Shown piece after piece: positions 28,831-37,774 of a stretch of DNA of 64,000 nucleotides. This DNA comes from Candidatus Omnitrophota bacterium. GTDB taxonomy: Bacteria > Omnitrophota > Gorgyraeia > Zapsychrales > Fredricksoniimonadaceae. The stretch covers positions 128,665-192,664 of the forward strand of contig JAGWKL010000002.1 in NCBI GenBank assembly GCA_028865345.1, read 5' to 3'. Position numbers and translations under genes: made by a program. Below the pieces are notes generated by a model. That model worked only from the letters and a program-made list of their open reading frames with translations, was not told the origin of the DNA and searched no databases. Every line of letters starts with the position of its first letter. Position 1 is the stretch's first letter.

Positions 28831-29676
28831 TCAAAAGCATTGAATGGATGAAATCAGCCTTACGAGAATATAAATGACGAATACTATAGAGGTTATGAAA
28901 AAGCTTACCGGATATGGCAGATAAAAAGAAATAAACAATCCAAGCCACGTCGCGAAGACCGCGATAAGCACTGAAATAGCTATCCCGTCAAAGGGCCTTG
29001 ATGCCAGACGATGGGCTATAGCGGCCGGCGTCACCATCAAAGCAAAAATAAGAAGCACCCCCACCACTTGTACGGCAATGGAGGTCGCCACAGCAATTAA
29101 AAGCATAAATATAAGACCGATGCCCAGAACCGAGAGACCTTTGGCTTCCGCGACATCCTCATCAAGCGAAGTGAATAACAGCGGCCGGTAAAATATCGCC
29201 AATACAATAAGAATCAGGATCCCTGCCAATAACGTCACCGTCACATTGCTGCTGCTGATACCCAAAATTTCTCCGAACAAAAGCGAGTAGGCTTCCGTGG
29301 CATAACCGGAATAAAGGCTGATAAATAAAACGCCCAGGCCCAACATGAATGCCAGCACCGTGCCGATCTGGATGTCCCGGCTGGCGACCTTGCGTCCCAA
29401 TAATCCCATCAACAAACCGCCGCTCATGGTAAATAAAAGCAGCCCCACAATGGGGTTCAGGCCGATCAAACAGGCCCCGGCAGCTCCTGTAAATCCGACG
29501 TGAGATAAGGCGTGCGCCGCGAATGCGGACCTCCTTAACACAATAAAATACCCCACAAATCCCGCGACAACAGCAACGATTGTTCCTGCCTGAAAGGCGT
29601 GCAGCATAAAATCATACTTAAAGATCGTCTGCAGATCGCTAAAAATATTAACACTAAATGCGGGACTAATGTTCAT
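28831..29676 (-). CDS. znuB: Metal ABC transporter permease (ZnuB/TroCD family)
   Basis: 281 aa with about 8 TM helices. Sits in a ZnuABC context. Confidence 0.85.
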   Translation of the reverse strand: MNISPAFSVNIFSDLQTIFKYDFMLHAFQAGTIVAVVAGFVGYFIVLRRSAFAAHALSHVGFTGAAGACLIGLNPIVGLLLFTMSGGLLMGLLGRKVASRDIQIGTVLAFMLGLGVLFISLYSGYATEAYSLLFGEILGISSSNVTVTLLAGILILIVLAIFYRPLLFTSLDEDVAEAKGLSVLGIGLIFMLLIAVATSIAVQVVGVLLIFALMVTPAAIAHRLASRPFDGIAISVLIAVFATWLGLFISFYLPYPVSFFITSIVFVIYILVRLISSIQCF

Positions 29677-30487
29677 GGTGATGCGCTCCTTCTTCCCCTA
29701 CTTCGCCTCCCACGATGGCAAACCTCCCTCGAGAATCCCTCAACACCTCCACCGGGGAGTTATAAAGTTTGGTAAGGGCCTCCGAATTCAACACATCGCC
29801 GGGGTCCCCGACGGCCACATGCCCATTGGCCACATACACGACCCTGTCCAACGCCGACAAAAGCGGATTGATGTTGTGGGCTATCAAAAGGACCGTTATG
29901 TTTTGAGAAGTCGCCACGTCCTTGATAAGCTTTACAAATTCCGATTCGCGACGGATATCCAGGCTTGCCAGCGGCTCATCCAACAATAGGATTTGAGGGT
30001 TTCCCACCAAGGCTTGCGCCAAAAATATTCTTTGCAATTCCCCCCCGGATAACGTGCTTAAGGACCGGTGAGCCAATTCCTGAGCCCCCACAATATCAAG
30101 AGCCTTAAGTGATGCCTTGGTCTCTTTTTTACTTTGGGCAGGCAAACTAAATCCCAGCCGCTTGCCGCTGGTTCCAAGCTTGACAATTTCCAAAGCTTCT
30201 ATCCTAAGTTCCGCATCGAAAGAATGGTGCTGCGGAACGTAGCCTATCCTGTCATTATCGCATTGGGGCTTGCGGCCAAAAACAGTTATTTCTCCGCTGA
30301 TTGGTTTTAAAAGGCCCAATAGCAATTTAAAAAGGGTCGTTTTCCCCGCGCCATTGGGCCCCAGAATGCCGACAAATTCTCCTTTGGCGATCGCAAAAGA
30401 TGTTTGTTCAAAAACCATCCTTTTTGATTTTCCCAAAAAGTACCCGGCCGACAAATTATTGACGGTGATAATATTTTCTTTTTTCAT
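29666..30487 (-). CDS. znuC: Metal ABC transporter ATP-binding protein
   Basis: Walker A (GPNGAGKTT), signature motif (LSGGELQR) and Walker B (LLLDEP). I place the start at MKKENIITV. Confidence 0.85.
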   Translation of the reverse strand: MKKENIITVNNLSAGYFLGKSKRMVFEQTSFAIAKGEFVGILGPNGAGKTTLFKLLLGLLKPISGEITVFGRKPQCDNDRIGYVPQHHSFDAELRIEALEIVKLGTSGKRLGFSLPAQSKKETKASLKALDIVGAQELAHRSLSTLSGGELQRIFLAQALVGNPQILLLDEPLASLDIRRESEFVKLIKDVATSQNITVLLIAHNINPLLSALDRVVYVANGHVAVGDPGDVLNSEALTKLYNSPVEVLRDSRGRFAIVGGEVGEEGAHHHEH

Positions 30488-30495
30488 CTTTTTCG

Positions 30496-31416
30496 TCACT
30501 GCCCCAGGGCCTTGGCATTCAAGGCGTTTTGCAACGATATTAATTGTGCATTCATCCACTCTTGAAACGTCAGATCAGGCGGCTGGATTGTTTCTGTAAC
30601 CCCCATAACAGGTATCCCCTCATCCGCTGCCAATTTCTTTATATTTTCAGTTAAAGGCGTAACGGTCTGCGCGTTATAAACTAAAACTTTGACTTGCCCG
30701 CTCTTTAATTGATCTTCGAATTCAATAACACTTCTTGCCGGCGGATCGTTACCCTCTGCGACCGCGTCGATGAATGCCGGCGGCGAAATGCAATCGAGGT
30801 CCGCAGCATCGGCAAGATATACAAATATACTTTCCGTGGAGGCGACCTTGGCTCCTCCAAACTTTTCTTTAATGAAGACGATCCTGTTCTGGTATTGGGC
30901 AAGTGAAGATTGCAGGGCCTTATATTGGCGCTCATAATACCCGGCATCGTTTGGATCGATTGAAATTAAATCTTTTTCCATTTGAGCCGTCACCCGATTG
31001 ACAAAACTTGGGTTATACCACAGATGGGGATTTTCTCCTTCCTTTACCCCAAGAAAATTGGCAACGTTCAAAACCTTGCGGCGAGGATTGCCGCCCGCAT
31101 TCAACAACTTGTCCATCCAGCTGTCATAACCGGCGCCGTTTTCGATCACATAATCAGCAGTTGATACGGACCTGGCGTCACCGGCATTGCTTTCATATTC
31201 GTGGGGATCAGCGTTAGGGTCTGAAACAACGCTGAAAACGCGCACCTTATCACCGCCCAGCTGAGATATAAGACTGCCCCAGAAATTTTCTGCCGCAACA
31301 ATTTGTATGACTTTAGTTGAATTGCCCGTTACCCGGCAATGGCCTGTTAAAGGCCCGCAAAGAACACTAAAAATAAAAACCGAGATGCTTATAAAAATGA
31401 TCCTGGAATTTAACAT
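30496..31416 (-). CDS. znuA: Metal ABC transporter substrate-binding protein (ZnuA/TroA family)
   Basis: Signal peptide. Metal-site DPHEYE motif. Confidence 0.85.
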   Translation of the reverse strand: MLNSRIIFISISVFIFSVLCGPLTGHCRVTGNSTKVIQIVAAENFWGSLISQLGGDKVRVFSVVSDPNADPHEYESNAGDARSVSTADYVIENGAGYDSWMDKLLNAGGNPRRKVLNVANFLGVKEGENPHLWYNPSFVNRVTAQMEKDLISIDPNDAGYYERQYKALQSSLAQYQNRIVFIKEKFGGAKVASTESIFVYLADAADLDCISPPAFIDAVAEGNDPPARSVIEFEDQLKSGQVKVLVYNAQTVTPLTENIKKLAADEGIPVMGVTETIQPPDLTFQEWMNAQLISLQNALNAKALGQ

Positions 31417-31457
31417 TGTTCACTCAGCATATTTGATTTCTCTTTAAATAAGCGTAA

Positions 31458-31472
31458 TTAGAAACTATTTCT
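31458..31472. promoter_or_regulatory. Putative Zur box (7-1-7 inverted repeat TAGAAACTATTTCTA) upstream of znuA
   Basis: Near-perfect palindrome about 40 nt upstream of the znuA ATG. It matches the box found at the fur-family gene. Confidence 0.45.
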
Positions 31473-31502
31473 ATCTAAAAATTAAAAAATTAAACCCTCC
31501 GG

Positions 31503-32192
31503 CTAAAACAATACCGCGCTATGTTTGTTTTTATAATACACGTATTCCTTCTGGACTTCTGCCGCCTGCGCGCTGTTGCCCATATGTCTGTACGCATCCG
31601 CCAAATCTCCAAGCATGGTCTGCATGCTCGTTAAACTGCGGAACCCTTCCCGGCCGTGACGGTATTTCAAAATGTCCGCTTCCAATACGGCTTGCACGTG
31701 AGGACCGCCCTGTCTTATGCGTTCAAAGCTATCAATGGCCTTTTGATAATCCTTCTTGGCGTAATAGGCCTTGCCCAATTCGTAAGAGGCCGCTCCCCTG
31801 TCTCGAGGATTTAATGCCAGGACTTTCTCAAATGCCGCAATGGCCTTATCAAGCCGGGATGTGTCCATATACGCATATCCTAAGGCCGTCCATGCCTCTA
31901 TATTATCCCTGTCAAGGGCGATGATCTTGTGGCATATACGGATAACATTATGGTATGAAAAACTGCCTTCATAGGATGTCACCCGGACAAGCATTTGTCC
32001 CAGGATAAAAGGCTTTAGTAAAACCAACAAGGCCCCCACCATCAGCACCGACAAGAACCAACGGCGGCCGCGTGTCAAGAATTGATGGTCGTGTTCATGG
32101 CCGTGTTCATGATTATGATCATGAGAATGGTCACAAGCACAGTCCTTGGTGTGTTCATGAGAATGATCCAACGTCTTTTTTGAATTGTCCAT
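31503..32192 (-). CDS. His-rich metal-binding N-terminus + TM + TPR-repeat protein
   Basis: N-terminus DHSHEHTKDCACDHSHDHNHEHGHEHDHQ. One TM segment. TPR repeats (WTALGYAYM...AIAAFEKVLALNP). Confidence 0.7.
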   Translation of the reverse strand: MDNSKKTLDHSHEHTKDCACDHSHDHNHEHGHEHDHQFLTRGRRWFLSVLMVGALLVLLKPFILGQMLVRVTSYEGSFSYHNVIRICHKIIALDRDNIEAWTALGYAYMDTSRLDKAIAAFEKVLALNPRDRGAASYELGKAYYAKKDYQKAIDSFERIRQGGPHVQAVLEADILKYRHGREGFRSLTSMQTMLGDLADAYRHMGNSAQAAEVQKEYVYYKNKHSAVLF

Positions 32193-32202
32193 GATACCTG
32201 TT

Positions 32203-32904
32203 TTAAGAAATCGTCACTAAAAAGATCCCTGTGACGATCAAAATATTCCCGACAATAAAACTGATGATCCCTTCCAAAATCTGCGTCTTGGGCATGAATT
32301 TTTTAAACAAGGCGGACGAGAACCCGATCACAATAATAGGAAGGCTCTGGCCCAGGGCAAAGCTGAAAAAAACCACCGCCGCATACAGGAGACTCCCCTT
32401 AATGGCGATGAGGCTCGCAATCAAAAGCAGAACTGCCCCGCAGCAGGGGCAGGCCGGCATTTCCAGAAAGGCATAAACCAATCCGAAGATAAATGCCGAG
32501 GGTATGCTTTTGACACCCTTGACCGCATTTTCACAATGGGTATTGATGCCCCCCTTGCCGAAAGAAACAAGGCCGGAAAAAAACAAGCCTCCTAAGATCA
32601 TCAAAGAGCCTAAAACCAGATAAAGGTATTCGCTGACGGCAACCAGCTTGGAGGCGACGTTGGCGATCGTGCCCAACAGGATGCCGATAAAGGTATAAGA
32701 TATGATCAGGCCGCTGGAAAAAGCAAGGGAAAGAAAAAATCCCCGGTGATGGGAATGGGACTTGGAAGAAACCAAGCCCAACAAGACCGGCAAACGCGCC
32801 AGGGTGCAGGAACTTAAACTGGCGATGGCTCCGGCAAGGGCCGCCACCAGCAAAATTTCTAATAACGACCCTCTCAAGAAGATGCTTTGGATATAGCTAA
32901 CCAT
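32203..32904 (-). CDS. DsbD/CcdA-superfamily-like polytopic membrane protein
   Basis: First TM carries LSSCTLARLPVLLG, reminiscent of the CcdA SPCVLP motif. A later TM carries CPCCG. An SHSHH motif is present. Family assignment is tentative. Confidence 0.55.
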   Translation of the reverse strand: MVSYIQSIFLRGSLLEILLVAALAGAIASLSSCTLARLPVLLGLVSSKSHSHHRGFFLSLAFSSGLIISYTFIGILLGTIANVASKLVAVSEYLYLVLGSLMILGGLFFSGLVSFGKGGINTHCENAVKGVKSIPSAFIFGLVYAFLEMPACPCCGAVLLLIASLIAIKGSLLYAAVVFFSFALGQSLPIIVIGFSSALFKKFMPKTQILEGIISFIVGNILIVTGIFLVTIS

Positions 32905-32945
32905 GGTTTTTCTTTATTGATACCGGCAAAAGTGTTCGGATAAAC

Positions 32946-33356
32946 CTACTGGCAATCCTTGCAGATACCGTTGATTTGCATCGAGTGGTTTAAAATTTTG
33001 TAACCCTTCACACTCTTAATATCGGGGAAAGAGCACTCCGGAAAAACATCCGCCTTGCCGCACTCCACACAAATAATGTGGTGGTGATGATGGCCGCTGT
33101 GGTCATGGCATAAAGCATAATAACGTTTACGCCCCTGGCGCTCAACCCTGAACAATATCCCTTGCTTGACGAAGATCTCCAGGTTCCGGTAAACGCTCGG
33201 AAACCCGGACTGCTTGAATGTTTTCTTGAGGTGCGTCCAGATGATCTCCGGCGACAAGCACTTGTCTTTTTTATCAAAAAGCTCCAGGATCGCCCGGCGT
33301 TTGGGGGTGATCTTAAAATGACCCTTCCTTAATTTTTGAATACACTCGACATTCAT
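32946..33356 (-). CDS. zur: Fur-family transcriptional regulator, likely Zur
   Basis: HHHHIICVECGK and other CxxC pairs. Winged-helix N-terminus. Confidence 0.85.
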   Translation of the reverse strand: MNVECIQKLRKGHFKITPKRRAILELFDKKDKCLSPEIIWTHLKKTFKQSGFPSVYRNLEIFVKQGILFRVERQGRKRYYALCHDHSGHHHHHIICVECGKADVFPECSFPDIKSVKGYKILNHSMQINGICKDCQ

Positions 33357-33359
33357 AAA

Positions 33360-33374
33360 TAGAAATAATTTCTA
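33360..33374. promoter_or_regulatory. Putative autoregulatory Zur box TAGAAATAATTTCTA overlapping -10 (TATAAAT) of the zur promoter
   Basis: Perfect 7-1-7 inverted repeat only 3 nt upstream of the fur-family ATG, so the mRNA is leaderless or has a very short leader. Fur-family boxes typically have 7-1-7 architecture. Confidence 0.45.
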
Positions 33375-33411
33375 TTTATAATACTGCCTTTTGCAGCCGT
33401 GTCAAGAGGCA

Positions 33412-35892
33412 TTAATGATTGAAGGGAACCTTCCAAATGTCCTTGGCGTATTCACGGATGGTACGGTCAGACGAAAAAAAACCGGAATGGGCCACATTGA
33501 TGATGGACTTCTTCACCCATTCCTCCTGATCCATATAGGACTTGGAAACCACGTCCTGCATTTGGCAATAAGAATCAAAGTCCGCGCACACCAAATAAGG
33601 ATCGTACCCCGTCAATGAGTCAATGATGGGGGCAAAAAGATTGGCGTCATGGGGGCTGAAAAAGCCGCTGCGGATGAGCTTGAAAATTTCCTGGAGCATC
33701 GGGCTTTTGTCAATGAAGCCCGAGGGATGATACCCATGGGCTTTAAGATTTTGGACCTCATCGCTCTTCAGGCCGAAAATAAAGATGCTCTCCTCCCCCA
33801 CCATTTTAGCTATCTCGATATTGGCCCCATCGAGAGTGCCGATGGTAAGAGCCCCGTTCATCATGAATTTCATGTTGCCGGTGCCCGAGGCCTCGGTGCC
33901 GGCCGTGGAGATCTGTTCGGAAAGATCGCTGGCGGGAAAAACCTTTTCCGCCAGGGACACCCGGTAATTTTCCAGAAATACCAGCTTGATCTTGTCCTTC
34001 ACGCTTTTGTCATGGTTGATGATCTCTGCGATGCTGTTGATGAATTTGATCGTCAATTTGGCCATATAATACGCCGGCGCCGCCTTCCCCCCCACCATAA
34101 AAGTACGCGGATAAATAAACTCTTTGGGGCTATGTTTGAGCCGCAGGTACTGGGCAATGATATAAAAAGCAAAAAGCATCTGGCGTTTGTATTCATGGAT
34201 ACGTTTGATCTGGACGTCGAATATAGATTCCGGATCAAGGCTCAAATCCATGCTGGATTTTATATAACGCGCCAGCGCCTGTTTGTTCTGTCTTTTAATG
34301 TCCGTCCATTTTTCACGGAACGCTTTGTTGTTCTTGAAACTATCGATCTTTTCCAGCCTGTTCAAGTCCATGATCCAGCCGTCGCCCACCTTGTCTATAA
34401 GCAGGTCGGCCAGGCGCGGATTGGCTTTCAGGAGCCACCGGCGCTGGGTGATCCCGTTGGTTTTGTTGTTGAACTTGCCGGGATAGAACTCGTAAAAATC
34501 CTTGAATAAATTCGCCTTAAGAAGGTCCGAGTGCAACTGAGAGACCCCGTTGACGGAAAAACTCCCCACGATGGCCAGATAAGCCATGCGGATCCTTTTA
34601 GTGTCCCCTTCCTCGATCAGCGACATGCGGCGCAGGCGGTCCGTGTCTCCGGGATAACGCAATGCCACCTCTTTAAGGAAATGGGCGTTGATCTCATAGA
34701 TGATCTGCATGTGCCGGGGCAAAAGCCTCTCGAAGAGTTCGACGCTCCAGCATTCCAGGGCTTCGGGCATCAGGGTATGGTTGGTATAGGCAAAGACCCT
34801 GGTGGTGATGTCCCATGCCGCTTCAAAACCAAAATCGTATTCATCGATCAAAAGCCGCATCAGTTCGGCGATCGCCAGAGTGGGATGAGTATCATTCAAC
34901 TGGATGACCACCTTTTTGGGCAGGTCCCTGAGGTCCGGATTCTCCGCCTTGCAGCGCCTGATGATGTCGGCAATGGATGCCGCTGTAAAAAAATATTCCT
35001 GCTTGAGCCTCAGTTCCTTGCCCTGGCTGCTGGCATCGGAAGGATAAAGGACCTTGGAAATATTTTCAGAGAGGATTTTCTTATATACGGCATGCTCATA
35101 GTCTCCGGATTTAAAATAATCGAAATCAAACTCCTCGGTCCCCCGCGCCGACCAAAGGCGCAGGGTATTGACCACGTCGTTTCTATAGCCCACGACGGGC
35201 AGGTCGTAAGGGACAGCCAGGACATCCTGCGTATTGATCCATTTTTGTTTAGGATTGCCCTTGTTATCGTGTTCCGTCACGCTGTTGCCATAATAACAGA
35301 CTTTGACCGTATATTCCGGACGGGCGAATTCCCAGGGATTTCCGGCGCGCAGCCATTCATCCGGAAGCTCCATCTGAAAACCGTTCTTGACCTTTTGATT
35401 GAATATCCCGTATTCATAACGGATCCCGTAGCCGTGCGCCGGTATGCCCAGGCTTGCCATCGAATCCAAAAAACACGCGGCCAGACGTCCCAGGCCGCCA
35501 TTGCCTAAGCCGGCGTCGATTTCCTGGCCCCTGACCTCTTCCAGATCCAACCCCAACTCATCCATGGCTTCGGCGACCTGCTTCTCTATGCCTAAGCTGT
35601 ACATATTATTACCCATCAGGCGGCCTATCAAAAATTCCATGGATAAATAGTAGACCCGGCGGGCGTTCTTTTTATGATAGCTCTGCTGGGTCTTGATCCA
35701 CCGCTCCACAATGCGTTCCCTTACAGCCAGGGAAAGGGCCAGAAAATTATCGTGCATCGTGGCGGTATATTGGTCTTTGGAAAGGGTGTATTCACGGTTC
35801 ATCTGAAAGGACAGCTTTATAGCATCCTTGGTCATTTCCTTACCGGAAACAAACCACTCAGCTTCTTTTTTAATACCGGTCTCTTGAGCCAT
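33412..35892 (-). CDS. glgP: Glycogen/alpha-glucan phosphorylase
   Basis: EASGTGNMKFMMNG PLP-lysine motif. 826 aa. AAGGAG RBS. Confidence 0.95.
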   Translation of the reverse strand: MAQETGIKKEAEWFVSGKEMTKDAIKLSFQMNREYTLSKDQYTATMHDNFLALSLAVRERIVERWIKTQQSYHKKNARRVYYLSMEFLIGRLMGNNMYSLGIEKQVAEAMDELGLDLEEVRGQEIDAGLGNGGLGRLAACFLDSMASLGIPAHGYGIRYEYGIFNQKVKNGFQMELPDEWLRAGNPWEFARPEYTVKVCYYGNSVTEHDNKGNPKQKWINTQDVLAVPYDLPVVGYRNDVVNTLRLWSARGTEEFDFDYFKSGDYEHAVYKKILSENISKVLYPSDASSQGKELRLKQEYFFTAASIADIIRRCKAENPDLRDLPKKVVIQLNDTHPTLAIAELMRLLIDEYDFGFEAAWDITTRVFAYTNHTLMPEALECWSVELFERLLPRHMQIIYEINAHFLKEVALRYPGDTDRLRRMSLIEEGDTKRIRMAYLAIVGSFSVNGVSQLHSDLLKANLFKDFYEFYPGKFNNKTNGITQRRWLLKANPRLADLLIDKVGDGWIMDLNRLEKIDSFKNNKAFREKWTDIKRQNKQALARYIKSSMDLSLDPESIFDVQIKRIHEYKRQMLFAFYIIAQYLRLKHSPKEFIYPRTFMVGGKAAPAYYMAKLTIKFINSIAEIINHDKSVKDKIKLVFLENYRVSLAEKVFPASDLSEQISTAGTEASGTGNMKFMMNGALTIGTLDGANIEIAKMVGEESIFIFGLKSDEVQNLKAHGYHPSGFIDKSPMLQEIFKLIRSGFFSPHDANLFAPIIDSLTGYDPYLVCADFDSYCQMQDVVSKSYMDQEEWVKKSIINVAHSGFFSSDRTIREYAKDIWKVPFNH

Positions 35893-36079
35893 ATTAACTC
35901 CTTTCGCCCTTCCTCATCCCCGCTGCCACCGAAGGAAGATTAGCTATTGACATATACGCTGCGGGTGGACCACGCGGACGCTATCTTTTTAAATGTTTAT
36001 ATAATTTCTTAATTATAGGACAAGCCGCCGTTACTTACAAGAAAATCCGAAGGGTCTTTACTGGCAGGAACTTAAGGAA

Positions 36080-36454
36080 TCATTTCTGGTGCGTATACAC
36101 AATCAATTGCCCTGTGAATCTCAACAATGCATCGCCGTAATAATAGTAACGGTAAGACATGGTCTTGGCATTGATAATGGCATCAGCCCCTTTATGCCTG
36201 GCGATTTTCTGCGCCTGACTGGTTAGCATCGCGGGAGTTACCCCATCACTGGCAAGGCCCTCAACGGAAACCTTACCGATCACATAATAAGGACGGACGG
36301 TTCCCATGGTTTGAGATGCCGGGTAAACATCAACGGTGTAATATTTGTCCTTGGGAGCAAACTGCTGATATGTATAACTGACATAACTCGAACTGGTAGC
36401 GCACCCTGCCAAAACCAAGAAAGCCAAGCCTAAGATTAATAATTTCGTTTTCAT
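36080..36454 (-). CDS. BhsA/YdgH (DUF1471)-like lipoprotein with Tyr-rich C-terminus
   Basis: Lipobox LAGC. Pattern YxVIGKVSVEG...DGVTPAML...KGADAIIN typical of the YdgH/BhsA fold. Paralog of 57826..58281. Confidence 0.6.
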   Translation of the reverse strand: MKTKLLILGLAFLVLAGCATSSSYVSYTYQQFAPKDKYYTVDVYPASQTMGTVRPYYVIGKVSVEGLASDGVTPAMLTSQAQKIARHKGADAIINAKTMSYRYYYYGDALLRFTGQLIVYTHQK

Positions 36455-36460
36455 AAGGGG

Positions 36461-36994
36461 TTATTTCCCGTACATTGTTTCAAGCTGGGACACTTTAGGG
36501 AACCGGGCATAAAATTCACCCTGAGGCCCTACAAAGCCGCTGCCTGACTTTTTGAGAACGACCGGCGTATATCCCCCCTTGCCGTTGGGAACATTGACGG
36601 TGATTGTATTATCCGAAGCCTGCGGCGCCTCTGCAGCTTGAGCAGGCGCACCGGCAGGTGTTGCCACGACCTGGTAACCATACGGGCCATACGTATAATA
36701 CACGCCGTTATTGACATAATATGTAACTCCGTTGATGACAACCGGTTGAAAGGCCGGAGATTCAACCGCATAGGCAGCAGGATAGCTAGCAACAGGATAG
36801 TAATAAGGAGCATAATAGGGGCCATAATAAGGATAATCGTCATAATCGTAGCCGTAATAATAAGGAGAGGACCAGCCATAACTAAAAGAAACATAGGAGT
36901 GCCTATGCCAATATGCATCAGAAGTTGTTGGCTTGACGATACATAAGCCAAAGAAGAACATGAAGACAAGCAAAATTTTCAATGTCATTTTCAT
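36461..36994 (-). CDS. Secreted Tyr-rich low-complexity protein with conserved ~50-aa C-terminal domain
   Basis: Signal peptide, then a YYYGYDYDDYPYYGPYY region. The C-terminus TITVNVPNGKGGYTPVVLKKSGSGFVGPQGEFY...QLETMYGK is about 60 % identical to the C-terminus of 43959..44405. The ATG start at M20 has a GGAGG RBS. Confidence 0.65.
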   Translation of the reverse strand: MKMTLKILLVFMFFFGLCIVKPTTSDAYWHRHSYVSFSYGWSSPYYYGYDYDDYPYYGPYYAPYYYPVASYPAAYAVESPAFQPVVINGVTYYVNNGVYYTYGPYGYQVVATPAGAPAQAAEAPQASDNTITVNVPNGKGGYTPVVLKKSGSGFVGPQGEFYARFPKVSQLETMYGK

Positions 36995-37129
36995 AACCGC
37001 CTCCAGCGAAAGAGCCCCCAAACTACATAGACGTGATTTTAATACTACCACAATAAATCGTCAAGTTTTTGTCCCCAACCGCTTCTTAGACAGCAAAAAT
37101 GATCAAAAAGTTCCATTTGAAAAGGCTTT

Positions 37130-37774
37130 TCATTCAGCTTTCCTTAAAATCAATTTTCGGCTCGCCAGGTCCAAGGTAAAATGAAATTTGCTTAAGAATG
37201 ACATGCCTAACAGGCCATCCCTGATTTCCTTATTATCTTCAAGTAAAACGACAGCAGGAACATCCCGGGCCTGCATGTCCCCCAACTTCACGCTGTCCAA
37301 CGACACTGCCGCGGCCTTATATTTGCCGTTAAGTACTTCCACATACCCTATTTGAGACCGGCTCAGATCAAGGCCCAGTTGGCGGGCAAACGGCCGGCTC
37401 AATAAAATCACCGGAGAACCCGTATCCACAACCAGGGAAGCATGGATTTTACCGTTAATGAATGCCTCCGCCGCCAGATGCCCCTGGGCATCGGGACTAA
37501 GGGGAATTACAATTCCCTCGATGTCACGGCGCTTCTGTTCCTCCTCCATGTTGGTATCATCGCTCAACTGTTCCTTGGCCTCCAGGATCTTTGAAAAAAC
37601 ACCCGAAGCTTCAGCCTGGGCCAGCGCCTGGCGGTCTGACTTGATGATATCACTTTCTTCATTGGCCATGGACCTGGAACACAAAAACAGACCAACCACT
37701 AGCAGCAAAACCCCTCCCCGCAACAACTGGGCATTACGAAACCGAAGCAAGCCCCGCTCAGGCCTATCGCCCAT
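37130..37774 (-). CDS. Membrane-anchored retropepsin-like (clan AA) aspartic protease
   Basis: N-terminal TM segment. Catalytic LVVDTGSPVILLS (DTG) motif and a C-terminal fold like the TIGR02281-type family. Its start lies 8 nt after the vWA stop. Confidence 0.75.
   Translation of the reverse strand: MGDRPERGLLRFRNAQLLRGGVLLLVVGLFLCSRSMANEESDIIKSDRQALAQAEASGVFSKILEAKEQLSDDTNMEEEQKRRDIEGIVIPLSPDAQGHLAAEAFINGKIHASLVVDTGSPVILLSRPFARQLGLDLSRSQIGYVEVLNGKYKAAAVSLDSVKLGDMQARDVPAVVLLEDNKEIRDGLLGMSFLSKFHFTLDLASRKLILRKAE

Noticed and set aside
34531-35508. 325-aa plus-strand ORF and other ORFs inside glgP
   Set aside because: They are antisense to the glycogen phosphorylase gene, which is unambiguous (EASGTGNMK).
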